DNA of 63,806 nucleotides, counting the filler, from Reclinomonas americana ATCC 50394 (lineage: Eukaryota), in NCBI GenBank assembly GCA_048213135.1. It is 6 parts of 5 records of this genome, joined end to end, with 100 filler letters (N's around TTAATTAATTAA, not from the genome) between each part and the next. Parts side by side here need not be neighbours in the genome. Positions count along the whole stretch, not along the records: positions 40,471 to 60,910 come from PS015603.1; positions 61,011 to 62,356 come from PS015607.1; positions 62,457 to 63,806 come from PS015617.1; 3 more parts are not named here. The stretch is one strand, 5' to 3'. The notes below the pieces were generated by a model. It did not search any database. It worked only from the letters and a program-made list of their open reading frames with translations, and was not told the origin of the DNA. This document shows, in pieces, positions 50,300 to 63,616 of the stretch. How positions within the stretch are numbered: position 1 is the first letter of the stretch; the number at the start of each line of letters is the position of its first letter. The translations under genes were made by a program, and so were the position numbers.

Positions 50300-52970
50300 T
50301 GGACTCGTCGCTCGCCCTGCCACCGTCGTCTGGGATGGAGCAGCAGAGTACGGCTGGTGTCGCGTCGGCGGCCGGTGGTGCGGAGCAGTACACGACGCTG
50401 CCGCCCGTACCCACCGCCGCCGAATGCTGCTTCAAGGACAAGTTTGTCGGCAATCCGTTTGACGAGTTGCAGGCGCTGGACGGGCACACCGATCGTGTGC
50501 GCACGCTTGTGCGGCTCAGCAACGGCGACGGCTGCCGATTTGCGTCGGGCTGCGACGGTGGCGTGCTGTGTCTGTGGCGCTCCGATTCGGGTGAGCGGCT
50601 GGCCGCTGTGCACGCGCATTCGAGTTCGATTACCGCGCTGCTGGAGCTGGATCCGAAGCGCCTCGTGTCGGCCAGCTACGACCGCACGCTAAAAGTGTGG
50701 AACACGGACACGTTTGAGAACGAGATGACGCTGACGCAGCACGGCGGCAGTGTCAAGGTGCTGTCGTGGATCGACGGTTCGCGTTTCTGCTCGGGAGGCA
50801 CCGACGGGACCATTTTGGTGTGGGACATGGATTTGCGGCTGTACTGCACCATTGTGCGATCGGCGGACGACGAGCAATGTGCGTCGGCTCGTGTACTGTA
50901 CCGCAATGTCGCCCCTCTTGCTCACATTGTGTCTCGAGCGCAGCATTGTCTGGAATCGTGTCGCTGTCGCACGGCCGTCTTATCGCCAGCTCCTCATCAT
51001 CCGATCTCTGTTGCGTTCTCCCCGCTGTCTGTGCCTTTCAGTGGCGTGGTGCACTCACCGTGTCCTTTCTTTTCTATCACAGTTGTGTACGTGTGGCCGA
51101 CGAAAAAGACCGCGCCACCACCAGAACCGTGGTGTCTCGGTCGCTTGTCAGTTCATCGCGAGAGTGTGCAGTCTCTATGTTCGATTTCGTCATCGCGGTT
51201 TGCCTCAGGGTCCGCCGATGGCATGGTGGTGGTCTGGAATGCTTCCATGTGTTGCGTCCACGCACCCAGTCGGATGTGCTGTTTTTGTTCGTCTCGCCGC
51301 TCACTTTTTTTTCGTAGCATCTGCGGCGGCGCGCGACGTCACGGATGTGGAGGCTCGTCTCCCGGTGCCACTACGTGTGCTCAACTATTACGAAAACTAC
51401 TCGGTGGAACGGCGGGCACTGCCCTACGTGGTCAATGCGCTCGTCTTTATCGAGGTTTGCAGGAGTGGCTGGCTGGTTTCGTTCGTCACTTGTTTTCCCC
51501 TCGTCCTTACTTCTCCTTCCGTCAACACCGCTTCTCCTCTACCGCCGTCATCTCCCTNNNNNNNNNNNNNNNNNNNNNNNNNNNNNNNNNNNNNNNNNNN
51601 NNNNNNNNNNNNNNNNNNNNNNNNNNNNNNNNNNNNNNNNNNNNNNNNNNNNNNNNNNNNNNNNNNNNNNNNNNNNNNNNNNNNNNNNNNNNNNNNNNNN
51701 NNNNNNNNNNNNNNNNNNNNNNNNNNNNNNNNNNNNNNNNNNNNNNNNNNNNNNNNNNNNNNNNNNNNNNNNNNNNNNNNNNNNNNNNNNNNNNNNNNNN
51801 NNNNNNNNNNNNNNNNNNNNNNNNNNNNNNNNNNNNNNNNNNNNNNNNNNNNNNNNNNNNNNNNNNNNNNNNNNNNNNNNNNNNNNNNNNNNNNNNNNNN
51901 NNNNNNNNNNNNNNNNNNNNNNNNNNNNNNNNNNNNNNNNNNNNNNNNNNNNNNNNNNNNNNNNNNNNNNNNNNNNNCTCGTTCCCCCTTCCCTCTTCCC
52001 CCTTCCGGCTTCCCCCTTCCGTCTTCCCCCTTCCGTCTTCCACGCCTCATCCCTTCTCTCGCAGCAATCCAATCTGCTCGCCGTCGCCTCCGGCTGCGGC
52101 TTCGCCCTGTACAAGTACGAAAGCGGCGAGTGCGTGTGTTTTGTGCACGACGCACACCAGTCGCCGGTGAACGGTCTCGTGGCAGTCCACGAGGGTCGCC
52201 GACTGGTCACCTGCTCCGCCGACAGCATGTCGCACGTGTGGGATTTGTCGGTAAGGCGTTCCATTCGGAGCTCCTCTTCGCTGGTGCGCGGTGATATTGT
52301 TTTGTGTGTGTGCTTTGAGGTGCCTTCTTCTCATTTCTCATTTCCTACCCTCAGAAATTCCCACTATCTGGCACCGCTGACTTGGTCAAGAGCCGCCAAC
52401 AACGCTCACCAGCCGCGGCCAGTGGCGGCACACCACAGCGCCTGTTCAAGGCCTCGTCCTTGTCGGCTCCGACCCGCCTACCAACTGTGAGCATTGTCGG
52501 CGAGCTGGCCGTGCACACGGGATCGGTGGAGACCATCATGGGTCTCTCCGAAACCATGCTGGTCACCGGCGGTGCCGATGGTGTGCTGGCCATGTGGAAG
52601 GACGGACGTGTCGAGTCGTACAAGCGGCAATTGTGCACGCGTGCGATGCTGAAGCAGTGGATGGACATTGTCGGGAGCGAGGAGGAGGAGTCACCCGTGC
52701 ACGAGGTACGAGACCTTCATCGTGTGAGTGGGAGAATGGTTACTTACTGCGATTGTGTATGCAGGCCGACGCCACGAGTCACGATTCTGGCGTCAACACT
52801 GACGACTTTGGCCCGAATGACGCGACCGACATGAGCGAGCCATTCTCGCCCGCATTAGGAGTTTCGTGTGCATCTGCGACTCGCCACCACTCATCTCTCA
52901 CTCACATCCTCTCTCTCACACACAGCCCTCACTGGCGTCACTGGACCTGGCCGCCGTGACTGTACTCTAA
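50300..52970 (+). CDS. WDR41: WDR41-like WD40 protein, multi-exon
   Basis: NPFDELQALDGHTDRVRTLVRL...RFASGCDGG and IVGELAVHTGSVE...LVTGGADGVLAMWKDGRVES match the recalled N- and C-terminal motifs of WDR41. Confidence 0.7.
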
Positions 52971-53161
52971 TAACTTAATGTATCTCTGGAAAATGTATGT
53001 AGCTGCAACACAACTACTTGTCTTCATTTCGGCCGATTAGGAGGGACGGCGGAGAGGATTAAGCAAAACAAGTGCATGGGGAGACGAAGATAGAGAGAGA
53101 GAGTACGACACACACGGCGTTCCGATTATAGTGGAGGGGAAACGCGCGCACTGTGCGTCTT

Positions 53162-56100
53162 CTACAATTCGACGTCGGGGATGTCCTCGCGCTTGATGGT
53201 GAGGATCTCGTTGAAGGTGTCGACGATGATCTTCAGTGCCTCGCGCAGCTCCTTCTCCGAGATCACCAGCGGCGGCGCAAAGCGAATAATGTTGCCGTGC
53301 GTCGGTTTGGCCAGCACGCCGCGACTCTTCATGAGAACGCACAGATCGAACGCCGTCTTGTTGCCGCCAATCGGACCAATCACGCAGGCGTTCAGCAGGC
53401 CCTTGCCGCGCACTTTCTCCACCACCTTGCAATTGGCTGCCACAATGGTGTCGCGGAAGATGTTGCCGAGGTGCTGCGCCTGTGCAGAGGGAGAAAGAGA
53501 AGGAAGACATGATTCAGCGTGCGGCGATGCAGCGGCAAGAGGAGGGCACGGGCAGCAACGCACTCTCTCAGCGAGCTTCTCGTCGGCCACCACGTCCAGC
53601 GCCGCCATGGCCACGGCGGCGGCCAGTGGGTTGCCAGCAAAGGTGCTTCCGTGCGTGCCGGGCTCAATGGTGTGCAGGATCTCACGGTCGGCCAGCACGG
53701 CACTCACTGCAGACAAAAGAGAAGGGAGGTGAGAAGGGGGGCGTAAGGGGAAAGGCGGATGCGAGGAATGGACGACGGCGAGAAGGAGGAAATATGAGAG
53801 ATGAGGGGTGACACGAGAAAGTCGGATGCGAGGGATGCAAGATGGAGAAATAAAGGAAAGTGGAAGGGAGAGAGAGAGGGGGGGGCTGAGAGGGCTGAGA
53901 GGCAGAGAGGGTACGAGAAGGAGGAAGAGGGTGAGGGGCGACAACAGGAAGGCGAATGGATATCGAGGAGTGAGAAACAATGTCACAAGCAGAGGAGAGA
54001 ACGAAGAGAACAAGAGAACGTGAAAGAGGACAGAGGGAAACTGAGTGGGAAGTTGGCAAGAGGGTGAGACTAAGAGCTGGAAGAGAGAAAGCAAAGTGAG
54101 GAAAAGTAACGCATATGAAACTCGATAAAGTGACAAGCAGAAGAGAGAACGAAGAGAACAAGAAAACGTGAAAGAGGACAGACGGAAACTGAATGAGAAG
54201 ATGGGAAGAGAGAGACTAACTGAGATAGAGAGGAGGAAGCAAAGCGAGGAAAAGTAACGCATATGAAATTCGTGAAACTCGATCAAGTGACAAGCACAGG
54301 AGACAGAAAGAAGAAGAAAGGGTGAAGAGAGAAAATGAGTGGGATGGTGGGAGAAGGAGGGAGAGACTGAGAGATGGAGAGGAGAAAGCAAAGCGAGGAA
54401 AAGTAATGCACGTAGAAGGCACGAAACTCGAGAAGGGAGACAAATAGTGACAAGCACAGGAGAGACAGAAGGAAGAAGGAGAAACGGATGAGAGGGGAAG
54501 GAAAGGGGGAAGGTAAATGAGAGGGAACGAATATGTGGACAGAGACTGAGAGATGGAGCGAAGAAATGGAACGTGCATGAAAAGAAAGAACCAACGAGTT
54601 GAGGGAGACGGAATGAACCAGCATGCGGAGAGGGGAGGTGGAGAGAAAACAGAGGAGAGAACACGAGTAGGAGAAAGGGAGCAGCAGGGGGAGTGGAGAA
54701 GGGAGAAACGGAATCGGTGTAGGCGAGAGGACACGTCGAAGGCGAGATAAGGTGGAAAACTCTGACTTACCCCGTNNNNNNNNNNNNNNNNNNNNNNNNN
54801 NNNNNNNNNNNNNNNNNNNNNNNNNNNNNNNNNNNNNNNNNNNNNNNNNNNNNNNNNNNNNNNNNNNNNNNNNNNNNNNNNNNNNNNNNNNNNNNNNNNN
54901 NNNNNNNNNNNNNNNNNNNNNNNNNNNNNNNNNNNNNNNNNNNNNNNNNNNNNNNNNNNNNNNNNNNNNNNNNNNNNNNNNNNNNNNNNNNNNNNNNNNN
55001 NNNNNNNNNNNNNNNNNNNNNNNNNNNNNNNNNNNNNNNNNNNNNNNNNNNNNNNNNNNNNNNNNNNNNNNNNNNNNNNNNNNNNNNNNNNNNNNNNNNN
55101 NNNNNNNNNNNNNNNNNNNNNNNNNNNNNNNNNNNNNNNNNNNNNNNNNNNNNNNNNNNNNNNNNNNNNNNNNNNNNNNNNNNNNNNNNNNNNNNNNNNN
55201 NNNNNNNNNNNNNNNNNNNNNNNNNNNNNNNNNNNNNNNNNNNNNNNNNNNNNNNNNNNNNNNNNNNNNNNNNNNNNNNNNNNNNNNNNNNNNNNNNNNN
55301 NNNNNNNNNNNNNNNNNNNNNNNNNNNNNNNNNNNNNNNNNNNNNNNNNNNNNNNNNNNNNNNNNNNNNACGGTACGGTACGGTACGGACGGACGACGAC
55401 GACGACGACGACGAGAGTACGAGTAACGTACTCTACCGTACCCTTACCCCCTTCCCCCTTTCCCCCTTCCCCCTTCCCTTCTCTCTCTCTCTCTCTCCTC
55501 CCCCGCCCCCCCCCCCCTTCTCCCCCTTCCCCCTTCTCCACACACCTGGATACACGCCACCACTCAACGCCTTGCCGAGCACCAACACATCCGGCTTCAC
55601 ATTCTCCCAGTCGCACGCCAGCAACTTGCCGGTCCTTGCAATGCCCGTTTGCACCTCGTCGGCCATGAACAGCACATTGTGCTGCTTGCACAGGTCGTAG
55701 CAGCGCTTCAGGTAGCCTTCGTCGGGCACCACCACACTGCGAGACAACGAATGAGTGGCAGCACCCTCACAGGCAAGGAAACGGAGAGCCAGACACACCC
55801 GGCCTCTCCCTGAATCGGCTCGACCATGAAGCCGCACACATTCTTGCCGTGCTTCTCGAGCACCTCACGCAACGCCTCCACATTGTTGTAGGGAATCGAC
55901 ATGTGGCCACCGAGGAACGGACCCCAGTCGTTGCGCGAGGTCGGATCGGAGGACATGGACACGGGCGTCATGGTGCGACCGTGGAAGTTGCCGGCACAGT
56001 TGATCACAATGGTCTCGTTGCGCGTAATGCCCTTTTTCACCACGCCCCACTTGCGCGCCAGCTTCACCGAGCCCTCGACGGCCTCTGCATGCACGCAACG

Positions 56101-56328
56101 ACAGAAGACCGCAGTGAGACAATACACGAGCACGCACAAACTAGCGCACGAGGAAACACAAGAGCACGCACAACGACAAGGACAACAGCGAGGCAATCGC
56201 AGCACAGACACACAACGAGCACACGAAGATACAAGAGCACGCACACCGACAGAGACCACAATGAGGCAATCACCGCACACACGAGCACGCGCAAGCGCAC
56301 GAAGGCAAACAAGAGCACGGCACACACG

Positions 56329-56409
<81 letters not shown>

Positions 56410-56951
56410 CTACAACAACACGACGCGACACGACCACCGACCGACCGTACCGGTACGGTCCGGCCGACGACGTACACGTACGTACGTAACGTTAACCGTA
56501 AACCCGAAACTAACTAACTAACTTCTTCGTACGTACGTAACGAACGNNNNNNNNNNNNNNNNNNNNNNNNNNNNNNNNNNNNNNNNNNNNNNNNNNNNNN
56601 NNNNNNNNNNNNNNNNNNNNNNNNNNNNNNNNNNNNNNNNNNNNNNNNNNNNNNNNNNNNNNNNNNNNNNNNNNNNNNNNNNNNNNNNNNNNNNNNNNNN
56701 NNNNNNNNNNNNNNNNNNNNNNNNNNNNNNNNNNNNNNNNNNNNNNNNNNNNNNNNNNNNNNNNNNNNNNNNNNNNNNNNNNNNNNNNNNNNNNNNNNNN
56801 NNNNNNNNNNNNNNNNNNNNNNNNNNNNNNNNNNNNNNNNNNNNNNNNNNNNNNNNNNNNNNNNNGAACCTAAACGGTAAACGGACGAACGACGACCGAA
56901 CCCGACCGAACGAACGAACGACCAACACGAGGACGAACGACACCGACACAC

Positions 56952-56982
<31 letters not shown>

Positions 56983-57016
56983 ACGGACGAACGAACGAAC
57001 GACGACGACGACACAC

Positions 57017-57097
<81 letters not shown>

Positions 57098-58006
57098 TCA
57101 CAAACACAGGCGCACGCACCAGCACCCGAGTTGGCCGGCAGCATGCAGTTGTACCCGAAAAACTCACAAATCTTCTTCGTGTACAACGAGTACGCATCGC
57201 TGTGGAACGCACGACTGCCCAGAGTCACTCGATGCGCCTGCTGCACCAGCGCATCAATGATCTTCGGATGACAGTGACCTGTTCATAAAGCGTGAGAAGT
57301 CGCCGAAAAAACTGCGAAGATTCCGGCGGAGCAAAATGTGAACACGCCATCACTCCCTCACTCTCCGCGTCGCTCACATTCACACACGCACACTCACAGC
57401 AACGCAACACGCTGCACAATCAGCAGCAAGTCTATCTTGGCGCCATCTCAACTCGCAGTCAGTTACGCAACACAACAAACAGAGAGAGAGAGAGATGTCA
57501 AGAGAGAGCACATCCTGTTATCATCAATCGTGCTCTCTTCTCACTCTGCCTCACACACACAACAAAAAACACCAATGTATAACGATCGCATCTTTGCATC
57601 TTTTTCTCTCAGTCACACTTTCTCACTCACACAGACCTTGATTGACTGCCGAGTAGGCACTGAGAAAGTCGAAGTAGTGACGACCCTCAGGGTCCCACAC
57701 ATGCACGCCTTGAGCGCGCGCAAACACCATTGGCAAAATGTGATAATTGTGCGCGCCATAAGTGTGTTCCATCTTTCAAACAAGAGAATCGCCATCAGTG
57801 TCGCGTTGTTTTGCACATAGTGTGTAAGTCAGTGTGCTTACCTCAATGGCCTCGCGAGAGGAGAGTCCCCACGGGGTGTCCACTGAGGAGAATGAGCGAA
57901 TAGTGTGGTGCTTGTTAGCCATCAGTGGCAGTGGCCAAAGAGGCGCGGCCATCGCCAGTGACGATCGGGTGCATGCGCGGGAAAGAGAGGCACGAAGAAG
58001 CATCAT
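53162..58006 (-). CDS. OAT: Ornithine aminotransferase, mitochondrial precursor, multi-exon
   Basis: Motifs [54 protein letters not shown] (PLP lysine), [19 protein letters not shown] and IRFAPPL. The Arg/Ser-rich N-terminus resembles a mitochondrial presequence. Confidence 0.95.
53720..54770. repeat. Expanded OAT intron made of degenerate repeats
   Basis: agcaaag-gaggaaaagtaa-gca...gaaactcga...gtgacaagca recurs at about 54090, 54238 and 54388. Confidence 0.75.
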
Positions 58007-59785
58007 CTCCGCTCATTGATGTGAAACGAGAGTGAATGAGATAAGGGAGGACGCGGGACGAACTTGTGACAACGAATGAGAGCAAAGGAAAGGTGCATGC
58101 TGGCCAGCACAGGTGATTAGGTAGCCAGTGGCGTTGCTAGATCCAGATTCTCTGCTGTCTCGAGACAACTCGTGCGAACTGGTGAAGTGTCCATCTCCGA
58201 TTTCGCGATATCGAACGCGTACGTTGAAAGCCGATGCTGCACGTGAAACCTTGCTGGCCAGCTTCGTGGCGCAGCAGGTGGTTCTGGTAGGCAGTGACAT
58301 TGCCAGATCCAGATTCTCTGCAGCCTTGAGACAACTTGTGCGAACCGGCGAAGTGTCACTCCGATTTCGCCATCGAAATGCGGATCCGGAGCTTCTCTGG
58401 GGTTCACCAGGCCACTTCCACATTCTCTGCAGCCCCCAGCTGAGAGGTGCAAACTGGCGAATCGTATCTCAGATTTCGCCGAGCTTGTGCACATCTGCAT
58501 CTGCGTGCTGCAAGGAAACATGTGCTCAAAGATTGGAGAATGCAGAGGCTTTCGGGTCGCGACAACGGTCTGTTTCATTAGTGTACACTCTCCATCGACG
58601 CTTGTGTATGCATGTGCGTGTTTACACACGATCTGGGCAGACAAGAGCATTCGGTGCGCTGTTGAACGCGAAAAGAAACTGGCAGCGCATGCGTACCATC
58701 TCACGGCAAGTCGGCGTCGAAGAAATCCACATCTGAATACGAGGGCTCGAGCGCCATGGCGCGCCGAAGATCCTCCACTTCGGTGTCATGCTGCGCAGCA
58801 GGGAAGCGAGAGAGAGAGAGAGATTAGACAAGAGAAGCACGTGCCACACAACGTGATGCTCACCTCCGAGCCTCGATGTGCCTGCTGGAGCTGCAGAGCA
58901 AGAGCCAAACAATCAGAGGTATCTGCAGAAGACACGGTGGCGAGCGATGCACAGTGTGGTGGTGTACGAGGAAGAAAAGACGGTGGCGTTACCGGTGCAG
59001 CAGCGCTCGCTGAGAGGCAATCTGACTCCATCTCCTCGGTGGGCGTCGGGAACATGGCGGCGGCCAAGGAGCCGTTGTCAGCCATGTGAGACGGTGAGTA
59101 TTCGTCGTCGCATGCAGGCTCCAGACGAATGTCCTCGATCGAGGACACTGACCAGTTGCAGCCATTCGCCCATGCACACTCATGATCACATTCGGGGACC
59201 ACTTCGTCAATGTCCACCGCCTTCAAACATGCACACGGCAAGGTGAGACGCGGTTTGATATCCACACCGTGTTGGGGCAGCAACGCACCATGTGACTCCT
59301 CTCTTCATCGGCGTCGTCTTGAGGAGGAGCGCTTGGTCGTGCGTACGATGGCTGAGTATCAATCTGTGTGCCAAGACTTTGTGAGAAGGGGCGCATGGTT
59401 GGTGCTCCACAAAGGAAGGAAAGTGACTCACGCGGTACCACACGCCCGGCGACGGTGTCAGCGTCGCGGCCGACGAGGCCCACGGTGCCACAGCAACCGA
59501 ATGGTGCTGCTTCCGAGGAGCAAGGTCAGCCAAAGCAGCCAAAGCAGCAGAGACAACGCATGATTCTAACCAGTGGAGAGGCAGCGGGCAGCATGTGCAT
59601 GGGGAACGACACTGGTGCGCCGCACGGCCAAGCGTAGCTCGAGGAGACCGGCGGCGCTGGCGGCAGCGACGGCGGCGACAGACGAACATCAAAGTGCGGA
59701 CATGGGTGGTGGGAACCGAGCGGCATGGCAGGCGGCATGAGAGTTCCCCCAGCTGCAGACAACGCCCCCCCGACAAGAGTGCGAA

Positions 59786-60910
59786 CTAGTCACACCTGCA
59801 GTCGGCGAGGACTGCAAGTGGACTCGGTTCGCCAACAACAAAGGGGGGCGCTGTCATTGGCTGGCCCACATGCCGTGCACCAGCTGCCGCTCGGTGCGCC
59901 ACCACCAGTGTCTCATCAACGTCATTGTCGCTGTCGCCGTCGTCATCGTCGTTGTGCGCAGTCGATCCCTCGAGCAGCTCAGTCGCGCGCGGCACTGGCC
60001 CATCGTCGCGCAGGAAGAAGAGTCGGTTGCGCAGGTCATGCATCTCCACAAAGGCTGTCCAGGCGGAGGCGCGCTGGCTGTTGAACAGGTCGATGCCACT
60101 CTGCAAGTGGGGCGAGGGTGAAGGGGTGGACGGGGAAGGGAGGAGGAGGAGAATAAGGAGGAGGAGGTGATCATGAGGGGGAAGGAGAAGGGGAAGAGTA
60201 TGCAGAAAAGGAGAAAAAGTTTGAAGAAGAAGAATAGCAAGGAGGAGGAGGAGGAGGAGGAGGAGGAGGAGGAGGAGGAGGAGGAGGAGGAGGAGGAGGA
60301 GGAGGAGGAGAACAAGAAGAAGAACAAGAACAAGAGGAAGAAGAATAACAAGGAGAAGGAGAAGAGGAGGGAGAAGAAGAAGAAGACAAAGAAGAATCAC
60401 AGTCCTCTCTCTCTCGCACATACCATGCTTCTGAGCAAGCGTGATAGGTACATGCGACACTCCTTGCGTTGCAGCTTGTGTCCAGAGTATGACGCGCCCA
60501 AATATACACTCTCGGCGTTTTGCCTATCACTGGTAGTGGGGTTTACAGGCCACACCACAAAGAGAAGCAACCGAATGGCTTGCGCCAACCAGCGGTCCAC
60601 GACGTGTGCGGGGTAGTTACGAGGTGGCATGTGTGTGTGTGCGCGCGCGAGAGAGTGGAAAAAGGTTAAAGAAACCCGACAGCAAGCCAGACAGTCTTTG
60701 GCGTGTTGTCTGATCCGGTTGCATTGTCGGAATTCTCGCAGCAAACGCGCTGGACTGGACATGAACGGCTTGGTTGTCGCCATGCGGAGCCACTCTCCGC
60801 TGCTTGGCGTTGGTGGAGACGCAAGTGTGCTTGGTGGATTTGAAGAGGCGATAATATTAATTACATTGGCGATATCACACTTGTCGTGATCGAGATCATT
60901 CATCGGAGAA
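59786..60910 (-). CDS. 3' exons of a hypothetical protein
   Basis: Exon-like segments NDLDHDKCDIANVINIIASS..., YPAHVVDRWLAQAIRLLLFVVWP...LLRSM|gtatg and cag|SGIDLFNSQRASAWTAFVEMHDLRNRLFFL, separated by pyrimidine-rich introns. No family recognised. Confidence 0.45.
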
Positions 60911-61010
60911 NNNNNNNNNNNNNNNNNNNNNNNNNNNNNNNNNNNNNNNNNNNNTTAATTAATTAANNNNNNNNNNNNNNNNNNNNNNNNNNNNNNNNNN
61001 NNNNNNNNNN

Positions 61011-61070
<60 letters not shown>

Positions 61071-61289
61071 CCCAAGCTTGTGCGAGGAGACAACACAGCA
61101 GAGACGGAGGGAGGAACGAGCAGAGCCAAGTTAACAACGTGTGAGCGCGAGGAGACAACACAGCTCCACTGCTACACGAGAGAAACACCGCGAGCAGCGG
61201 GGAAGGAGCGACGGATAATCGGATCTCACGAAAGAGAAACACAACCGCGAAGACGACCACACAAACACTCCATGCAACCACCACGCGCC

Positions 61290-62057
61290 TTCCTGATAAC
61301 ATCATCCCTATACACATCGTCCTTGTCGGCAAACTCATCGTACTTGGTCCCAATGAGGAATGGGAACGCCGTCTACAACACAAATTGAGCACTCAAATCA
61401 CTCACTCTGCGCTCTCTGCTCACACACACACACAACACCTTGTTCTCTTTCCGCGACGTCTTGAACCAGTCCTTGACATTCTCCAGTGACCCCGGTCGTG
61501 TCAAGTCAAACATGAACAGAATGGCCACAGCGTCGTTGCACGCAATAGGCACCATTCCGCGAAACTCCTTTTGGCCTACAACAGACACACACACACTAAG
61601 CACACACACAAACGCGCGTGTGTGTCAAAAGGACGCACCTCCCACATCCCAAATGACAAAAGTGATGTCAGTGTTCTTCACACTAATGGTCTTCTCGAGA
61701 AAGTTGACGCCCAGTGTCTGAATGTAGTCCTCGTCAAAGCACCCGTCGACGTACTTGACCATCAAACTCGTTTTGCTGCGCGCGTGCGTGCGTGTGAGCA
61801 AAAAAAAAAACGCGACATGTCACGCGCGTGATCACACGCAAACTCACGCACCCTACTTGCGCGTCGCCGAGCATGCCGATCTTGAGCACGACAGAGTTCC
61901 TTGACTCGCCGCCTGCTGCTGCACTGCTGCTGCTGCTGCCTGCAGGAGGAGCAACCGCCGACGAAGCGGCGCTGCCATTGCTCGCGGATGACAGCGACGA
62001 CGCGGAGGAGGAGGGTGCGAGTGCTGATGCGGAGCCACCGCCACCTCGCTCTGACAT
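61290..62057 (-). CDS. spg1: Spg1/Tem1-family small GTPase (3' end lost in gap)
   Basis: [23 protein letters not shown]...[17 protein letters not shown]...[32 protein letters not shown]...|[12 protein letters not shown]. Confidence 0.9.
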
Positions 62058-62136
62058 TGAGTGCGTGTGTGTGTGTGTGTGTGTGGACAATCGCTCGTCC
62101 GCCGTGACGTCATTGTCCAGTGCGACGTTATCATCC
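62058..62136. promoter_or_regulatory. Very short divergent intergenic region containing a TGACGTCA palindrome
   Basis: 79 bp between head-to-head ATGs, with TGACGTCA at 62105-62112. Confidence 0.45.
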
Positions 62137-62277
62137 ATGTATTTTGAGGAGAAAACACCGTGTGTGGTCGACAATGGGAGTGGAGTGATGAAGGCGGGGT
62201 TCGCGGGAGAGGAGAGCCCGCGATGGGTGTTTCCTAGTGTAGTGGGAACGCCGGAGAACGTGGCTGCGCTGGAGGAG
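62137..62277 (+). CDS. First exon of an actin or actin-related protein
   Basis: [37 protein letters not shown] (actin phosphate-1 motif), then donor GAG|GTGCGT. Confidence 0.85.
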
Positions 62278-62569
62278 GTGCGTTTTGCAAACTGACACAA
62301 AGAAAGGAGGGGTGACTCAAAGTGGCGAGTAGGTGGCGCGTCTGAGACCATGGTACNNNNNNNNNNNNNNNNNNNNNNNNNNNNNNNNNNNNNNNNNNNN
62401 TTAATTAATTAANNNNNNNNNNNNNNNNNNNNNNNNNNNNNNNNNNNNNNNNNNNNGAGAGAACGAGTAGTACCGTAACCAACCACTACGACGACTACTA
62501 CAACAACACACTCCTCCTCGTCGTCACAACACACACCTCTCCTCCTCTCTCTCACACACTCTCTCTCTC

Positions 62570-62633
<64 letters not shown>

Positions 62634-62665
62634 ACTGGTTGTCTCATTTTCGCATCTGCACTCAC

Positions 62666-62803
62666 CGACTTCTCCTGTTGTTGTTGCTGCTCACGCTGCG
62701 CACTGCTCTCCACACTCCCCAACACAACAACACCAACAACAACAGCCACCACAAGGAATATAACAACAACAAGTCGTCGACTACAAGCCCTTAATCTTGT
62801 CAT
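62666..62803 (-). CDS. First exon of a secreted or signal-anchored protein
   Basis: MTRLRACSRRLVVVIFLVVAVVVGVVVLGSVESS..., followed by TCG|GTGAGT. Confidence 0.55.
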
Positions 62804-63047
62804 TTTCTGTGAAAGAGAGAGAGAGAGAGAGTAGCCGTTGCAAGCGTGAAATGTCGCACACGGGACACACGCTGGCCCTCTCTCACACACACACGCAGGC
62901 AAGCACACAGAGAGTGCGTGTGCGAGTGTCTGTCTGTCTGTGTTGAGAGGGGCTCTGTTTGGAGTCTGACTCTTTGCGAAACAATGAGAAAACCAAACAA
63001 AATTTCAGCGTTACTGTAGATTGTATTTTGCGATTGGTTGTAGAAGG

Positions 63048-63308
63048 CAACAACAACTTTTCGGATTCAAACAGCGCCACAACTGCATGATAATCGCCAT
63101 CTTGAGTGAGCACGAGATAAACTGAGAGAACACGGCAACACGCACGAGAGAAAATCGAAATAATTATAATGCTGGCCACGGCAACGTTAACGTTTCTGCA
63201 ACAACAACAACAACTTTGCGAATTCAAACAGCGCCACAACTGCATGATAATCGCCATCTTGAGTGAGCACCAGATAAACTGAGACAACACAGGCACGAGA
63301 GAAAATCA
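63048..63308. repeat. Two ~110-bp direct repeats (period ~157 bp) in a divergent intergenic region
   Basis: ttcaaacagcgccacaactgcatgataatcgccatcttgagtgagcac-agataaactgaga at 63066 and 63223. Confidence 0.9.
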
Positions 63309-63487
63309 AAAAAGTCTAATTATAATTCCTGGTGTTCTCTCCAAGAGAATCCGCAGCTAGCGCTCTTACCACTCGTGGTGCGCTGTCCAGCTCCCGGTCC
63401 GGATCCTTCTTTGCTGGACGCTCTCGCCGGAAACGCTGTGCACTGTAAACGTGCTCGCGAAATCTGCGCACAACAAAACTTCGAAGA

Positions 63488-63616
63488 ATGGTACGCACTC
63501 ACGCACTCTCTCACTCTCTCACAGTTGTCTTGCACACTGACACTCCCCTTTTGTCGCCACAGGGTTTGCTTGATCGTCTGCAGAAGATTGGTGAAACGCT
63601 GGATCGCACAGTGCAA
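63488..63616 (+). CDS. Start of a hypothetical gene with an intron directly after the ATG
   Basis: ATG|GTACGC...CACAG|GGTTTG gives M-GLLDRLQKIGETLDRTVQ. Confidence 0.45.

Noticed and set aside
55370..55445. TACG/GACG-rich stretches next to gaps (also about 56440-56546, 56866-57010, 62460-62520)
   Set aside because: Typical low-quality pyrosequencing flow-order noise at read ends.
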